A DNA stretch of 62,576 nt, filler included, from Sphacelaria rigidula (lineage: Eukaryota), in NCBI GenBank assembly GCA_964200075.2. It is 7 parts of 7 records of this genome, joined end to end, with 100 filler letters (N's around TTAATTAATTAA, not from the genome) between each part and the next. Parts side by side here need not be neighbours in the genome. Positions count along the whole stretch, not along the records: positions 44,772 to 53,624 come from CAXNAA020009935.1; positions 53,725 to 62,576 come from CAXNAA020009936.1; 5 more parts are not named here. The stretch is one strand, 5' to 3'. Positions within the stretch are counted from its first letter, which is position 1. Each line of letters begins with the position of its first letter. This document shows positions 44,772-58,500 of the stretch, piece after piece. The position numbers and the translations under genes were made by a program. The notes beneath the pieces were generated by a model. It ran no database searches. It was not told the origin of the DNA and was given only the letters and a program-made list of their open reading frames with translations.

Positions 44772-47700
44772 TTATAGTAGATGATATAAAAAGAAGGTTC
44801 GCTTCTCTATTCCATGTCTATTTCCGGGCTGTATTATAGTTAATTAGATATAAGGAGGGTCAGCTTCTCTGTTTCATGTCTATGTTCGGGCTGTGTTATG
44901 GTAGGTCAGATAAAACGGAAGGTTAGCTTCTCTATTTTATGTCTATATCCGGGCTGTATTATAGTACGGTAGATTAAAGGAGGGTTAGCTTCTCTGTTTC
45001 ATGTCTATGTCCAGACTGTGTTATAGTAGATGATATAAAAAGAAGGTTCGCTTCTCTATTCCATGTCTATTTCCGGGCTGTATTATAGTTAATTAGATAT
45101 AAGGAGGGTCAGCTTCTCTGTTTCATGTCTATGTTCGGGCTGTGTTAGAGTAGGCTACAGAAACACGAGAGTTCGCTCCTCTATTTCGTGTCGATGTCCG
45201 GACTGTGTTATAGAAGGTCAGATGAAGAGGAGGGTAGGCTTCTCTATTCCATGTCTATGTCGGGTCTGTGTTATAGTAGGCTGAAGGAACAGGAGGGTTC
45301 GCTTCTCTATTTCATGTCTATGTCCGGGCTGTATTATGGTAGGTCAAGTAGAATGGAAGGTTAGCTTCTCTGTTTCATGTCCATATCCGGGCTGTATTAT
45401 AGTAGGTTAGGTAAAAGGAGGGTTAGCTTCTGTATTCCATGTCTATGTCCGGACTGTGTTATAGTAGGTCAGATGAAAAGGAAGGTTCGCTTCTCTATAT
45501 GGTTATGTCGGGTCTGTGTTATAGTAGGCAACAGAAAAAAGAGGGTTCGCTTCTCTATACCATGTCTTTGTCCGGGCTGTGTTCAAGTAGGCTATAGAAA
45601 CAGAAGGTTTAGCTTCTCTATTTCATGTCTACGTCCGGACTGTGTTATAGTAGGCTACAGAAAAAGGAGGGTTCGCTTTCCTATTTCATGTGGATGTCCG
45701 GACGGTGTTATAGTAGGCCAAAGAATAAGGGGGGTTCGCCTCTCTATTTCATGTCTATGTCCGGGCTGTGTTCAAGTGGGCTGTAGAAGAAGAAGGTTTA
45801 GCTCCTCTATTTCACGTCTACGTCCGGACTGTGTTATAGTAGGTTAGATAAAAGGGAGGTTCGCTTCTCTATTTCATGTCTATGTCCGGGCTGTGTTATA
45901 GTAGGTGAGATGAAAAGGAGGGTTATTTTCCGCGATTCCATGTCTATGTCCGTGCTGTGTTGGAGTAGGTCAGATAAGGGAGGGTTAGCTTCTCTATTTC
46001 ATGTCTATGTCCGAGCTGAATAATAATAGTAGGTCACATGAAAAGGAGGGTTGGCTTCTCTATTCCATCTCTATGTCGGGTCTTTGTTATAGTAGGCTGA
46101 AGAAACAGGAGGGTTCGCTTTATCTATTTCATGTCTATGTCGGGGCTGTGTTATGGTAGGTCAGATAAAAAGGAAGGTTAGCTTCTCTATTTCATGTCTA
46201 TATCCGGGCTGTATTATAGTTAATTAGATATAAGGAGAGTCAGCTTCTCTGTTTCATGTCTATGTCCGGGCTGTGTAAGAGTACGCTACAGAAACACGAG
46301 AGTTCGCTTCTCTATTTCGTGTCGAAGTCCGGACTGTGTCCTCGTAGGTTGAATGAAAAAAAGGTTCGCTTCTCTATTTCATGTCTATGTCCGGGCTGTG
46401 TTATAGTAGGTTAGATAATAAGGGGGGGTATTTTCCGCGATTTCATGTCTATGTCCGAGCTGTGTTTGGGTAGGTCAGATGAAGGAGGGTTAGCTTCTCT
46501 ATTTCATGTCTATGTCCGTGCTGTGCTATAGTAGGTCAGTTAAAAAGCAGGGTTGGCTTCTCTATTCCATGTCTAGGTCGGGTCTTTGTTATAGTAGGCT
46601 GAAGGAAAAGGAAGGTTCGCTTCTCTATTTCATGTCTATGTCCGGGCTGTGTTATGGTAGGTAAGATAAAAAGGAAGGTTAGCTTCTCTATTTTATGTCT
46701 ATATCCGGGCTGTATCATAGTAGGTTTGATATGAGGAGGGTCAGCTTGTCTGTTTCATGTCTATGTCCGGGCTGTGTTAGAGTAGGCTACAGAGACACGG
46801 GAGTTCGCTTCTCTATTTCATGTCGATGTCCGGACTGTGTTCTAGTAGGTTGAATGAAAGAAAGCTTCGCTTCTGTATTTCATGTCTATGACCGGGCTGT
46901 GTTATAGTAGGTTGGAATAAGAGGGGGGTTATTTTCCGCGATTCCATGTCTATGTCCGAGCTGTGTTAGAGTAGGTCAGATAAAGGAGGGTTAGCTTCTC
47001 TATTTCATGTCTATGTCCGGGCTGTGTTATAGTAGGTCAGATGAAGAGGAGGGTAGGCTTCTCTATTCCATGTCTATGTCGGGTCTGTGTTATACTAGGC
47101 TAAAGGAACAGGAGGGTTCGCTTCTCTATTTCATGTCTATGTCCGGGCTGTGTTATGGTGGGTCAAATAGAATGGAAGGTTAGCTTCTCTGTTTCATGTC
47201 TATATCCGGGCTGTATTATAGTAGGTCAGATTAAAGGAGGGTTACCTTCTCTATTTCATGTCTATGTCCGAACTGTATTATAGTAAATGATATAAAAGGA
47301 AGGTTCGCTTCTCTATTTCATGTCTATATCCGGGCTGCGTTATAGTAGGTTAGATAAAAGGGAGGGGTATTTTCCGCGATTCCATGTCTATGTCCGAGCT
47401 GTGTTGGAGTAGGTCAAATAAAGGGGGGTTAGCTTCTCTACTTGATTTTTATGTCCGGGCTATGTTAGAGTAGGTCAGATAAAAAGGAGGGTTGGCTTCT
47501 CTATTCCATGTCTATGTCGGGTTTGTGTTTTAGTAGGCTGAAGAAGAAGGAGGGCTCGCTTCTCTATTTTATGTATATGTCCGAACTGTGTTATGGTAGG
47601 TCAGATGAAGAGAAAGGTTAGCTTCTCTATTTCATGTCTATATCCGGGCTGTATTATAGTAGGTTAGATAAAAGAAGCGTTAGCATGTCTAATTCATGTC

Positions 47701-50700
47701 TATGTCCGGACTGTGTTATAGTAGGCGAAAGAAAAAGGAGGGTTCGCTTCTCTATTTCATGTCTATGTCCGTGCTGTTTTCAAGTAGCCTATAGAAAAAG
47801 AAGGTTTAGCTTCTCTATTTCATGTCTACGTCCGGACTGTGGTATAGTAGGCTACAGAGAAAGGAGGGTTCGCTTTCCTATCTCATGTGGATGTCCCGAC
47901 TGTGTTATGGGAGGCCAAAGAACAAGGAGGGTTCGTTTCTCTATTTTATGTCTATGTCCGGTCTGTGATCAAGTAGGCTATAAAAAAAGAAGGTTTAGCC
48001 TCTGTATTTCATGTCTACGTCCGGACTGTGTTATAGTAGGTTAGATAAAAGGAAGGTTCGCTCGTCTATTTCATGTCTATATCCGGGCTGTGTTATAGTA
48101 GGTTAGATATAAAGGGGGGTTATTTTCCGCGATTCCATGTCTTTGTCCGAGCTGTGTTGAAGTAGGTCAGATAAAGGAGGGTTAGCTTCTCTATTTCATG
48201 TCTATGTCCGGGCTGTGTTAGAGTAGGTCAGATAAAAGGGAGGGTTACCTTCTCTATTTCATGTCTATGTCGGGTCTGTGCTATAGAAGGCTGAAGAATA
48301 GGAGGGTTCGCTTCTCTATTTCATGTCTATGTCCGGGCTGTGTTATGGTAGGTCAGATAAAAAGGAAGGTTCGCTTCTCTGTTTCATGTCTATGTCCGGA
48401 CTGTGTTATAGTAGATGATATAAAAGGAAGGTTCGCTTGTCTATTTCATGTCTATGTCCGGGCTGTGTTATAGTAAGTAAGATAAAAAGGGGGTTATTTT
48501 CCGCGATTCCATGTCTATGTCCGAGCTGTGTTAGAGTAGGTTAGATAAAGGAGGGTTAGCTTCTCTATTTCATGTCTATGTCCGGGCTGTGTTAGAGTAG
48601 GTCAGACAAAAAGGAGGGTCGGCTTCTCTATTTCATGTCTATGTCGGGTCTGTGTTATCGTAGGCTGAAGAAACAGGAGGGTTAGCTTCTCTATTTCATG
48701 TCTATGTCCGGGCTGTATTATGGTAGGTCACATAAAAAGGAAGGTTAGCTTCTCTATTTCATGTCTATCTCCGGGCTGTATTAGGGTAGGTGAGATGAAA
48801 GGAGGGTTAGCTTCTCTATTTCATGTCTATGTCTGGACTGTGTTATAGTAGGCTACAGAAAAACGAGGGTTCGCTTCTCTTTTTCATGTCGATGTCCGGA
48901 CTGTGTTATAGTAGGCTAAAGAAAAAGGAGGGTTCGCTTCTCTATTCCATGTCTATGTCGGTACTGTGTAATAGTAGATGAGATAAAAAGGAGGGTTATT
49001 TTCCGCGATTCCATGTCTATGTCCGAGCTGTGTTGGAGTAGGTCAGATGAAGGAGGGTTCTCTTGTCTATTTCATGTCTATGTCCGGGCTGCGTCAGAGT
49101 AGGTCAGACAAAAAGGAGTGTTGGCTTCTTTATTTCATGTCTATGTCGGGTCTGTGTTATAGTAGGCTGAAGAAAAAGGAGGGTTCGCTTCTCTATTTCA
49201 TGTCTATGTCCGGGCTGTGTTAGAGTAGGTCTGATGAAAAGGAGTGTTGGCTTCTCTGTTTCATGTCTATGTCGGGTCTGTGTTATAGTAGGCTGAAGAA
49301 AAAGGAGGGTTCGCTTCTCTATTTCATGTCTATGTCCGGGCTGTGTTATGGTAGGTCAGATAAAAAGGAAGGTTCGCTTCTCTATTTCATGCCTATATCC
49401 GGGCTGTATTATAGTAGGTTAGATATAAGGAGGGTTAGCTTCTCTGTTTCACGTCTATGTCCGGGCTGTGTGAGAGTAGGCTACAGAAAAAGGAGGGTTC
49501 GCTTCTCTATTTCGTGTCGATGTCCGGACTGTTTCATAGTGGTTTATATGAGAGGAAGGTTCGCTTCTCTATTTCATGTCTATGTCCGGGGTGTGTTATA
49601 GTAGGTTAGATAAAAAAAAGGGGTATTTTCCGCGATTCCATGTCTATGTCCGAGCTGTGTTGGAGTCGGTCAGATAAAGGAGGGTTAGCTTCTCTGTTTC
49701 ATGTCTATGTCCAAGCTGTGTTATAGTAGGTCAGATGAAGAGGAGGGTCGGCTTCTCTATTCCATGTCTATGTCGGGTCTGTGTTATAGTAGGCTCAAGA
49801 AAAAGGAGAGTTCGCTTCCCTATTTCATGTCTATGACCGGGCTCTGTTATGGTAGGTCGAATAGAATGGAAGGTTAGCTTCTCTGTCTCATGTCTATATC
49901 CGGGCTGTATTATGGTAGCTTAGATAAAAAGAGGGTTAGCTTCTCAATTTCATGTCTATGTCCGGACTGTGTTATAGTATATGATATAAAGGGAAGGTTC
50001 GCTTCTCTATTTCATGTCTATATCCGGGCTGTGTTATAGTAGGGTAGATAAAAAGGAGGGGTATTTTCCGCGATTTCATGTCTATGTCCGAGCTGTGTTA
50101 GAGTAGGTCAGATAAAGGAGGGTTCGCTTCTCTATTTCATGTCTATGTCCGGGCTGTGTTATAGTAGGTCACACAAAAAGGAGGGTTGGCTTCTCTATTC
50201 CATGTCTATGTCGGGTCTGTGTTATAGTAGGCTGAAGAAACAGGAGGGTTCGCTTCTCTAGTTCATGTCTATGTCCGGGCTGTGTTATGGTAGGTCAGAT
50301 GAAAAGGAAGGTTAGCTTCTCTATTTCATGTCTATATCCGGGCTGTATTATAGTTATTTAGATATAATAAGGGTCATCTTCTATATTTCATGTCTGTGTC
50401 CGGGCTGTGTTGTAGTAGGTTAGATGAAGAGAAAGGTTCGCTTCTCTATTCCATGTCTATGTCCGGACTGTGTTCTGGTAGATGATATAAAAGGAAGGGT
50501 CGCTTCTCTATTTCATGTCTATGTCCGGGCTGTGTTATAGTAGGTTAGATAAAAAGGGGGGTTATTTTCCGCGATTCCATGTCTATGTCCGAGCTGTGTT
50601 GGAGTAGGTCAGATAAAGGAGGGTCAGCTTCTCTATTTCATGTCTATGTCCGGGCTGTGTTATAGTAGGTCAGATAAAAGGGAGGGTTAGCTTCTGTATT

Positions 50701-53624
50701 TCATGTCTATGTCGGGTCTGTGTTATAGTAGGCTGAAGAATAGGAGGGTTCGCTTCTCTATTTCATGTCTATGTCCGGGCTGTGTTATGGTAGGTCAGAT
50801 GAAAAGGAAGATTAGCTTCTCTTTTTCATGTCTATATCCGGGCTGTATTATAGTTATTTAGATATAATAGGGGTCATCTTCTCTATTTCATGTCTATGTC
50901 CGAGCTGTGTTGTAGTAGGTTAGATAAAAAGGAAGGTTCGCTTCTCTATTCCCTGTCTATGTCCGGACTGTGTTCTGGTAGATGATATAAAAGGAAGGGT
51001 CGCTTCTCTATTTCATGTCTATGTCCGGGCTGTGTTACAGTAGGTGAGATAAAAAGGAGGGTTATTTTCCGCGATTCCATGTCTATGTCCGAGCTGTGTT
51101 GGAGTAGGTCAGATAAAGGAGGGTCAGCTTCTCTATTTCATGTCTATGTCCGGGCTGTGTTAGAGTAGGTCAGATAAAAGGGAGGGTTAGCTTCTGTATT
51201 TCATGTCTATGTCGGGTCTGTGTTATAGTAGGCTGAAGAATAGGAGGGTTAGCTTTTGTATTTCATGTCTATGTCCGGGCTGTGTTATGGTAGGTCAGAT
51301 AAAAAGGGAGGTTCGCTTCTCTATTTCATGTCTATGTCCGGACTGTGTTATAGTAGATGATATAAAAGGAAGGTTCGCTTCTCTATTTCATGTCTATGTC
51401 CGGCCTGTGTTATGGTAGGTAAGATAAAAAGGGGGGTTATTTTCCGCGATTCTAGTCTATGTCCGAGCTTTGTTGGCGTAGGTCAGATGAAGGAGGGTTA
51501 GCTTCTCTATTTCTTCATGTCCATGTCCGGGCTGTGTGATAGTAGGTCAGATAAAGGGGGGGGTCGGCTTCTCTATTCCATGTCTATGTCGGGTCTGTGT
51601 TATCGTAGGCTGAAGAAACAGGAGGGTTCGCTTCTCTAGTTCATGTCTATGTCCGGGCTGTATTATGGTAGGTCACATAAAAAGGAAGGTTAGCTTCTCC
51701 ATTTCATGTCTATCTCCGGGCTGTATTCCGGTAGGTGATATGAAAGGAGGGTTAGCTTCTCTATTTCATGTTTATGTCCGGACTGTGTTATAGTAGGCTA
51801 CAGAAAAACGAGGGTTCGCTTCTCTTTTTCATGTCGATGTCCGATCTGTGTTATAGTAGGCTAAAGAAGAAGGAGGGTTCGCTTCTCTATTTCTTCATGT
51901 CTATGTCCGGGCTGTGTTATAGTAGGTTAGATGAAAAGGAAGGTTCGCTTCTCTATTTCATGTCTATGTCCGGACTGTGTTATAGTAGGTTAGATAAAAC
52001 GGAGGGTTATTTTCCGCGATTCCATGTCTATGTCCGAGCTGTGTTAGAGTAGGTCGGATAAAGGAGGGTCAGCTTCTCTATTTCATGTCTATGTCCGGGC
52101 TGTGTTATAGTAGGTCCGATAAAAGGGAGGGTTAGCTTCTCTATTTCATGTCTATGTCGGGTCTGTGTTATCGTAGGCTGAAGAAACAGGAGGGTTCGCT
52201 TCTCTAGTTCATGTCTATGTCCGGGCTGTGTTATGGCAGGTCACATGAAAAGGAAGGTTAGCTTCTCTATTTCAAATCTATATCCGGGCTGTATTATAGT
52301 AGGTGACATGAAAGGAGGGTTAGCTTCTCTATTTCATGTCTATGTCCGGACTGTGTTATAGTAGGCTAAAGAAAAACGAGGGTTCGCTTCTCTTTTTCAT
52401 GTCGATGTTTGGACTGTGTTATAGTAGGCTAAAGAAGAAGGAGGGTTCGCTTCTCTATTTCATCATGTCTATGTCCGGGCTGTGTTATCGTAGGTTAGAT
52501 GAAAAGGAAGGTTAGCTTCTTCATTCCATGTCTATGTCCGAACTGTGTCAAAGTAGGGTAGATAAAAAGGAGGATTATTTTCCGCGATTCCATGTCTATG
52601 TCCGAGCTGTGTTAGAGTAGGTCAGATGAAGGAGGGTTCGCTTGTCTATTTCATGTCTATGTCCGGGCTGCGTCAGAGTAGGTCAGATGAAAAAGAGTGT
52701 TGACTTCTCTATCCCATGTCTATGTCGGGTCTGTGTTATAGTGGGCTGAAGAAAAGGGAGGGTTCGCTTCTCTATTTCATGTCTATGTCCGGGCTGTGTT
52801 AAGGTAGATCAAATAAAAAGGGGGGTTCGCTGCTCTATTTCATGTCTATGTCCGGGCTGTGTTAGAGTAGGCTACAGAAAAACGAGGGTTCGCTTCTCTA
52901 CTTCGTATCGATGTCCGGACTGTTTCATAGTGGGTTAAATGAAAGGAAGGTTCGCTTCTCTATTTCATGTCTATGTCCGGGCTGTGTTATAGTAGGTTAG
53001 ATAAAAAAGAAGGGTATTTTCCGCGATTCCATGTCTATGTCCGAGCTGTGTTGGAGTAGGGCAGATAAAGAAGGATTAGCTTCTCTGTTTCATGTCTATG
53101 TCCGGGCTGTGTTAGAGTAGGCTACGGAAAAAGGAGGATTCGCTTCTCTATTTCATGTCGATGTCCGGACTGTTTTATAGTAGGTTAAGTGAAAGGAAGG
53201 TTAGCTTCTCTACTTCATGTCCATGTCCGGGCTGTATTATAGTAGTCTAGATAAAAAGGAGGGTGATTTTCTGCGATTCCAGGTCGTTGTCCGAGCTGTG
53301 TTGGAGTAGGTCAGATGAAGGAGGGTTATCTCCTCTATTTCTTCATGTCTATGTCCGGGCTGTGTTATAGTAAGTCAGATAAAGGAGGGTTAGCTTCTCT
53401 ATTTCATGTCTATGTCCGGGCTGTGTTATAGTAGGTCAGATAAAAAGGAGGGTTGGTTTCTCTATTCCATGTCTATGTCGGATCTGTGTTACAGTAGGCT
53501 GAAGACAAAGGACGGTTCGCTTCTCATTTCATGTCTATGTCCGGGCTGTGTTATGGTAGGTCAGATAAAAAGGAAGGTTAGCTTCTCTATTTCATGTCTA
53601 TATCCGGGCTGTATTATAGTAGGT
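44772..53624. repeat. Satellite DNA, 63-bp monomer (61-62-bp variants), ~140 copies, filling the whole scaffold
   Basis: Consensus TT(C/A)GCTTCTCTATTTCATGTCTATGTCCGGGCTGTGTTATAGTAGGTCAGATAAAAAGGAGGG; CATG at 50201, 50264 and 50327 gives a 63-bp period. Confidence 0.97.
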
Positions 53625-53724
53625 NNNNNNNNNNNNNNNNNNNNNNNNNNNNNNNNNNNNNNNNNNNNTTAATTAATTAANNNNNNNNNNNNNNNNNNNN
53701 NNNNNNNNNNNNNNNNNNNNNNNN
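53625..53724. other. Artificial scaffold-joining linker
   Basis: N44-TTAATTAATTAA-N44. Confidence 0.97.
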
Positions 53725-53855
53725 ACGATTCGAATCAATTACAATAAAACCAAGTGATTTCCAGACGAATCATTGATTTGTCCGACCCTTGAAAAGGTAT
53801 CGTGAGGTATCGTGTGAGCGACAGGTGGAATTGGCGAAGCGACAGCGGGCGGAAA

Positions 53856-53938
53856 GGTACTCATTTGTTGCTTGCCTTAGTCGTTGGACCACTGACTACG
53901 CATCCCTTTTGATACGAAGCACCACTCCTACTCCTAAT
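53856..53938 (+). repeat. Dispersed repeat family C
   Basis: Matches 16487-16570. Confidence 0.7.
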
Positions 53939-54034
53939 GGCGCGCGCGCGGGGGGGGTTACACGGTGTTCCCGGTCTTGGTCTGGAAAGAGAAAACAGAG
54001 TTTTTGGTACCGCGTCTCCACGCAAACGCATACC

Positions 54035-54168
54035 ATGATCTAGCTCGACCACCATAATGGTTAGCGCAACAACAACGTAAGCGGGAAAAAAAATCGCAAC
54101 CTGGTTGCCTAGCGTACGCAATGAGTGGCGTGTTTTACAGCGTGCATGCCAACCGACGCCGACCGTTA
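54035..54168 (+). repeat. Dispersed repeat family D
   Basis: ATGATCTAG.TCGA.CACCAT.ATGGTTA.CGCAACAA...AACCTGGTTGCC...GCCAACCGACGCC also occurs at ~56196-56323. Confidence 0.75.
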
Positions 54169-54169
54169 A

Positions 54170-54272
54170 TGGGGGGAGGGGGAGTACTCATGATCTTGCG
54201 TGCCGTAGTCATCTGAGCATTGATCCCGCATCCCTACAAACCCGGGACGGAGCACTCCAGGTTTTCGCCGGA
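54170..54272 (-). repeat. Dispersed short repeat family B
   Basis: G-tract+GAGTACTCATGATCTTGC...GCATCCCTACAAACCCGGGACGGAGCACTCCAGGTTTTCGCCG. Confidence 0.75.
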
Positions 54273-54304
54273 CCAGAAATGGAAAGAGGGAGGAGAATGT
54301 GTTT

Positions 54305-54680
54305 TGCGCGGTAGTGTGGTATTCTGCTAGCGATACATAACCCTTCTGCATTCCAACCATACGCGCATATGCAAATGCGAAGACGTCGAAGTCACGGCGG
54401 TTGCTTACCTGCTCTACATAAGGGCGGTCTTCCTCCCCCAATTGTTCAGCCGGGGTTTCGCCCCAACTTTCGTAGGGATTGCTGTTGTTGGCGTAGTCAA
54501 GCAGCATCCTGGTAGCAACTTCCTTCCAGTCCTGCGTCGACAACTCTTCGGTGTCCACCATGGGATGCCGCCTACAGAACGAATTACAAAAGCAAGCATT
54601 CAGCCAAAAACCTGCAGAGTATAATTTATGCTGTGCAATGTACAGAAGGCAGTGATCACCTCAGGTATGTACTCTACGCT
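54305..54680 (-). pseudogene. Possible decayed Ulp1/C48-like cysteine peptidase fragment
   Basis: Order DHCLLYI (cf. HW.L.V), CNSF (cf. YDSL), EQVSNRRDFDVFAFAYA (cf. Q.N..DCGVF...YA). Catalytic Cys absent; resemblance by eye only. Confidence 0.3.
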
Positions 54681-55539
54681 GTCGACGAGCCTATTCTTCG
54701 AGCTTGAAACCTGGCACAACACTAAATAACTAGTATTGGATACGGAGGCTGTTGTAATTTCAAGTCAAGTACGCTCGAGATGCGGAGTTGTCTAATTTGT
54801 GACGTTGCTTCAATTGCGGCATGGATGTGATCCCGCCGAACCTTTTACACTTGATTGGTCATAATCCATGGACCACGTGCAATTTTTCCTATTCCAGTAG
54901 ACCGCCTAGCGCAAGAGAGTTCGGCGTCCTAATGTCCGCACAGAGAGGTAACCGGAAAACGTGGATGCCCACGAACAATTTGCACTAAAACCAAGTCTAG
55001 GGAGACATTTCAGCCAATTTGTTTACACGTTATCGCACTTCAAACCATGGTCACGAATAATATGCAAACCCATCAAACCTTTTGCAGTATAATGATGATG
55101 ATCCCAAAATAACAGACGTCGTCTTAGTGACGTAAGGAGCGATGTATCATGAGAGACGCAGTCTCTAGCAACACCATGAAGCCGGCCCGGGCGCTGGTAA
55201 ATACCGAAGCAGCGGCAAACGGCGCCCTCTCTCGTCCGCAGTCATCTCATTTTCCTGAAAAATATCGACAATACTTTACCCTTCTCTCTTCGAACATACT
55301 CAACCCGTCTTTACGATCGATGATGCTAGCTGCGTGTTGAAGTTTTGCCCGACGAAACGGGGGCCAAGTGTGCAACGTCCGGTCCGAAAAAAACGTGATA
55401 TGCGTCATCATCTACAAAACCACGGAGGCGTTACGAGCGCATTGAAAAAAAAAAAAAGCGAAACATTCAGGCGAAACACTGAAATAACACCCCCCTTTCC
55501 AGAAACGAACAGCGAAAGCTTGAAAGAAAAATGATCGCA

Positions 55540-58500
55540 CCGCTTGTATTCCTCGGTTATGTTTGTAATCGCCGAGCTCGCCCGTCGCCCAACCGTATCT
55601 TGTTGCTGTCCGAATATCCTCAAGTTAATCACAGAATCCAGTGTGCTCCAATAGAACAAACTGCCCGGCCCTCGCTGTCCAGGCACCCCCTGCGCGAGGA
55701 GCGTGTCCAAGTAATTCCTGCGTGAGATACGTGCGCCCCAAATGCAGACCACGATTGGAGAAAATTCACAGAAAATTTCCGGGAAGATTCAGCAAATTGC
55801 CAAACATCGTGTATGTGTGCGTGTGTGTTGGGGGGGGGGGGTACCAATGAACTTGCACGCCGTTGTACGCCGTTGTCACCAGACCATTAACCTCGCATCC
55901 CTACACAGCCGGGGCGGAGCGCGCCGGGTTTTATCGGACCACGCTCGCGATCAATCACCAAGCGCAAAGCGCCGTCATGTGTCCGGAGAGTCGCATGAAA
56001 GGTGAGCTGCACCCTGCTAAGATTGTTCGGCCCGAAGCGTACTAAACACCTGGTTGAAGTGCTTCATGTCCTGGTATCGCCACTTCCAAGGGCGGCCACG
56101 GGTGACACACCGCCTCATGGGTGTTTCACCATATAAGCACTGCGTAGCATGATAACCCCCTCTGCGCAGAGGTTTTGTTCTTCATGCCGCACAATATGAT
56201 CTAGTTCGAACACCATCATGGTTACCGCAACAAAAACGCAAGCGAAAAAAACGGTAACCTGGTTGCCAAGCTTACGCGGTGAGTGGCCGGTTTTTTCACC
56301 GTCGCCAACCGACGCCAACCGTCAAAGGGAAACGTGTGTGTGTGGGGAGGGAGGGGAAGAGGGCGAGGTTTGTACATGCGTCAAGAACTCTGTGAGCAAT
56401 TGCCTTTGAGTCGTCCACAGGTCGATCTCGCCCCGCAGTAGCAGGGTAGATATGGACACGCTGCGCTGTGAAGTGCACTGAAGGCATTTTTACGTTCCCG
56501 CCCGAGGGAATGCTGCGCACGATATTTTATATTCTCCGGCCAAACAAAGTCATGCCATATACCATGCGTGGTGCCGTTCACTCCCAACGAATTCCACGCG
56601 CCTTGGCTCGCACACCAAATAAATGCATGGAACCGGATAGACAATACAGGAGGAAGCGAGGCAGTCGATTATTCACTTAATTTAGACCCAAATCTCAGAG
56701 TACAATAATGCCGAAGTCTATTCATCTCCTAGTGCTCGAGAGGTCACTCAAGCCGCAGGGCCAACCTCCCGCCGTTTGCTATTGCGCTTTGAACGCATTC
56801 ACCTTCTCATCAGCAGTTCAACCATTTGAGCGTCGCTGGATATCTCGAGCAGCAGGGCGGATGTCTCCTGCCTTACTTCTTGGAACACTGGCCCCACGGC
56901 CCACATCACCTCTTCCACCAGCTTCTGATCCACCTCCCCGTGGTATTGAGCGTCGCCGTGAAGAGCATCGGGCTCCTCTCCGGGCGTTGGAGAAGCCTTC
57001 GTGCCATAAGAACACGGGAAGCCACGGTTTAGATGTGGTGTCTGACTGAGAAACGATGTCGAGCAACTCGCCATGAACATCAACCCGTGTACCGTTCACT
57101 TCATACTTGGCTCGGAGAGAAAGTTGGAGCTACTAGTGTTGCAGCGGCGGAGGTAGATGTCGGACATCACTACGGACAAAAGTATATCTCCTTTCCCAAC
57201 AAGAGATGAAAGAAACACGGTTCCGCTTCAGCAAGAAGACAGGCACAAAAACACTTCAACAAAGTAACGCACAACGGACAGCGGACTGGTGACATCTTCC
57301 TGCTCACCGGCTGTATTGCAGGAAAGGTGCTGACCGCTGCCAGCAGTCGCGTGATGGCGTCAACTACGGACACATCCACGGGCCATTCCAAACGCTCGCC
57401 GGCGCTCTGCCCCATCCCCTCTCCATCTCCTGTAGAACGCTGCTTCCCGTAGAGCATGCTGATTGGCCAAGGCACCTTGCGCGTGTTTCCAGTCGAACCA
57501 CCGTCGTCGCCACCGCTCGTGCTGTGCGCCGGGGCACTCCCTGTCCTAGGGAACGACGACGCCAATCGAGACGCTTCCAGAACATTTCTCAGCGCTCGAA
57601 GAGCATTTGACGCGTTGAGCATGTTCACCTTGAGCACATCCATTGAAATATACACAACATCGTCTGCTGCGGCACTCTCATCTTCTCCCGAGTCGGTTAT
57701 CGACGTGGGCGTGCTTAACTCGTCTTCTGAACTGTCTTTGGGGACGGCGACATTTTCTGGGGGTCGCTTGACCCCGCCGACCCATCGGCCACCTCGTAAG
57801 CTCGTTCTCCGGCGTCCAAAGTGCTTGGTGTCTTTGGGCAACGTCTCAGAGGTCTCGCGAGGTGCGTCTAGCGGTGACGGTGATGGTGATGATTGCCTAA
57901 AATGTCCTTCTGTTGTAAATGAAGATTCTGACTGCTCCGATTCCCCTCTGCCATCGTCATGGTTCAAAGGCCCGCCGGCCAGGGCTAGCTGATGCTGCGA
58001 TGCCGCGTAAATTGCCGGTTGAACACGGCGACAAACCTGCAGTACGGCAGCGACAAGTGTTGCACGGGAGGAGAGGGAGACGGGACGTGGACCAGGTGAG
58101 GAGGCGTGGGCGACGCAAACGCGTAATGTCTCAGCTGTAAAATGTTGACCACCCGTTATCAAGGAAACCCAGCAGACGGGCGGTGAGCAGAAGGCATTGC
58201 ATGAGCATTTCTTGACATCCGGAACAATTCGGAGAATGTTCACTCGGAAATACTGACCTTCCTGACCTTCACCATGATACCGCGACTTATTTCGGTATCC
58301 ACATTGGCACCGAGTTCATAGGTACGGGTCGCTACGTAGTAATTGAACTCAAATCAGCTGTTTTTTCGTTGTTTTTCATGATTCTTGAACGAATTGAACT
58401 CGGGTTTGTTGTGCTGGTGGACACACGTGGGCTACTCGAGCCCCATGTATCGCAGAGAGGTGAACAAAATTGATTTGTTTTGGCTTTTTTTGTCCACGCC

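Noticed and set aside
45377..53672. Cys-rich 21-aa repeat proteins in the satellite
   Set aside because: ORFs arise because 63 is divisible by 3; the 61/62-bp variants and frequent stops break the frames.
8856..53724. Regular ~8.95-kb spacing of TTAATTAATTAA motifs as a biological periodicity
   Set aside because: The motifs are identical N-padded linkers, and segment lengths reflect sorting of scaffolds by size.
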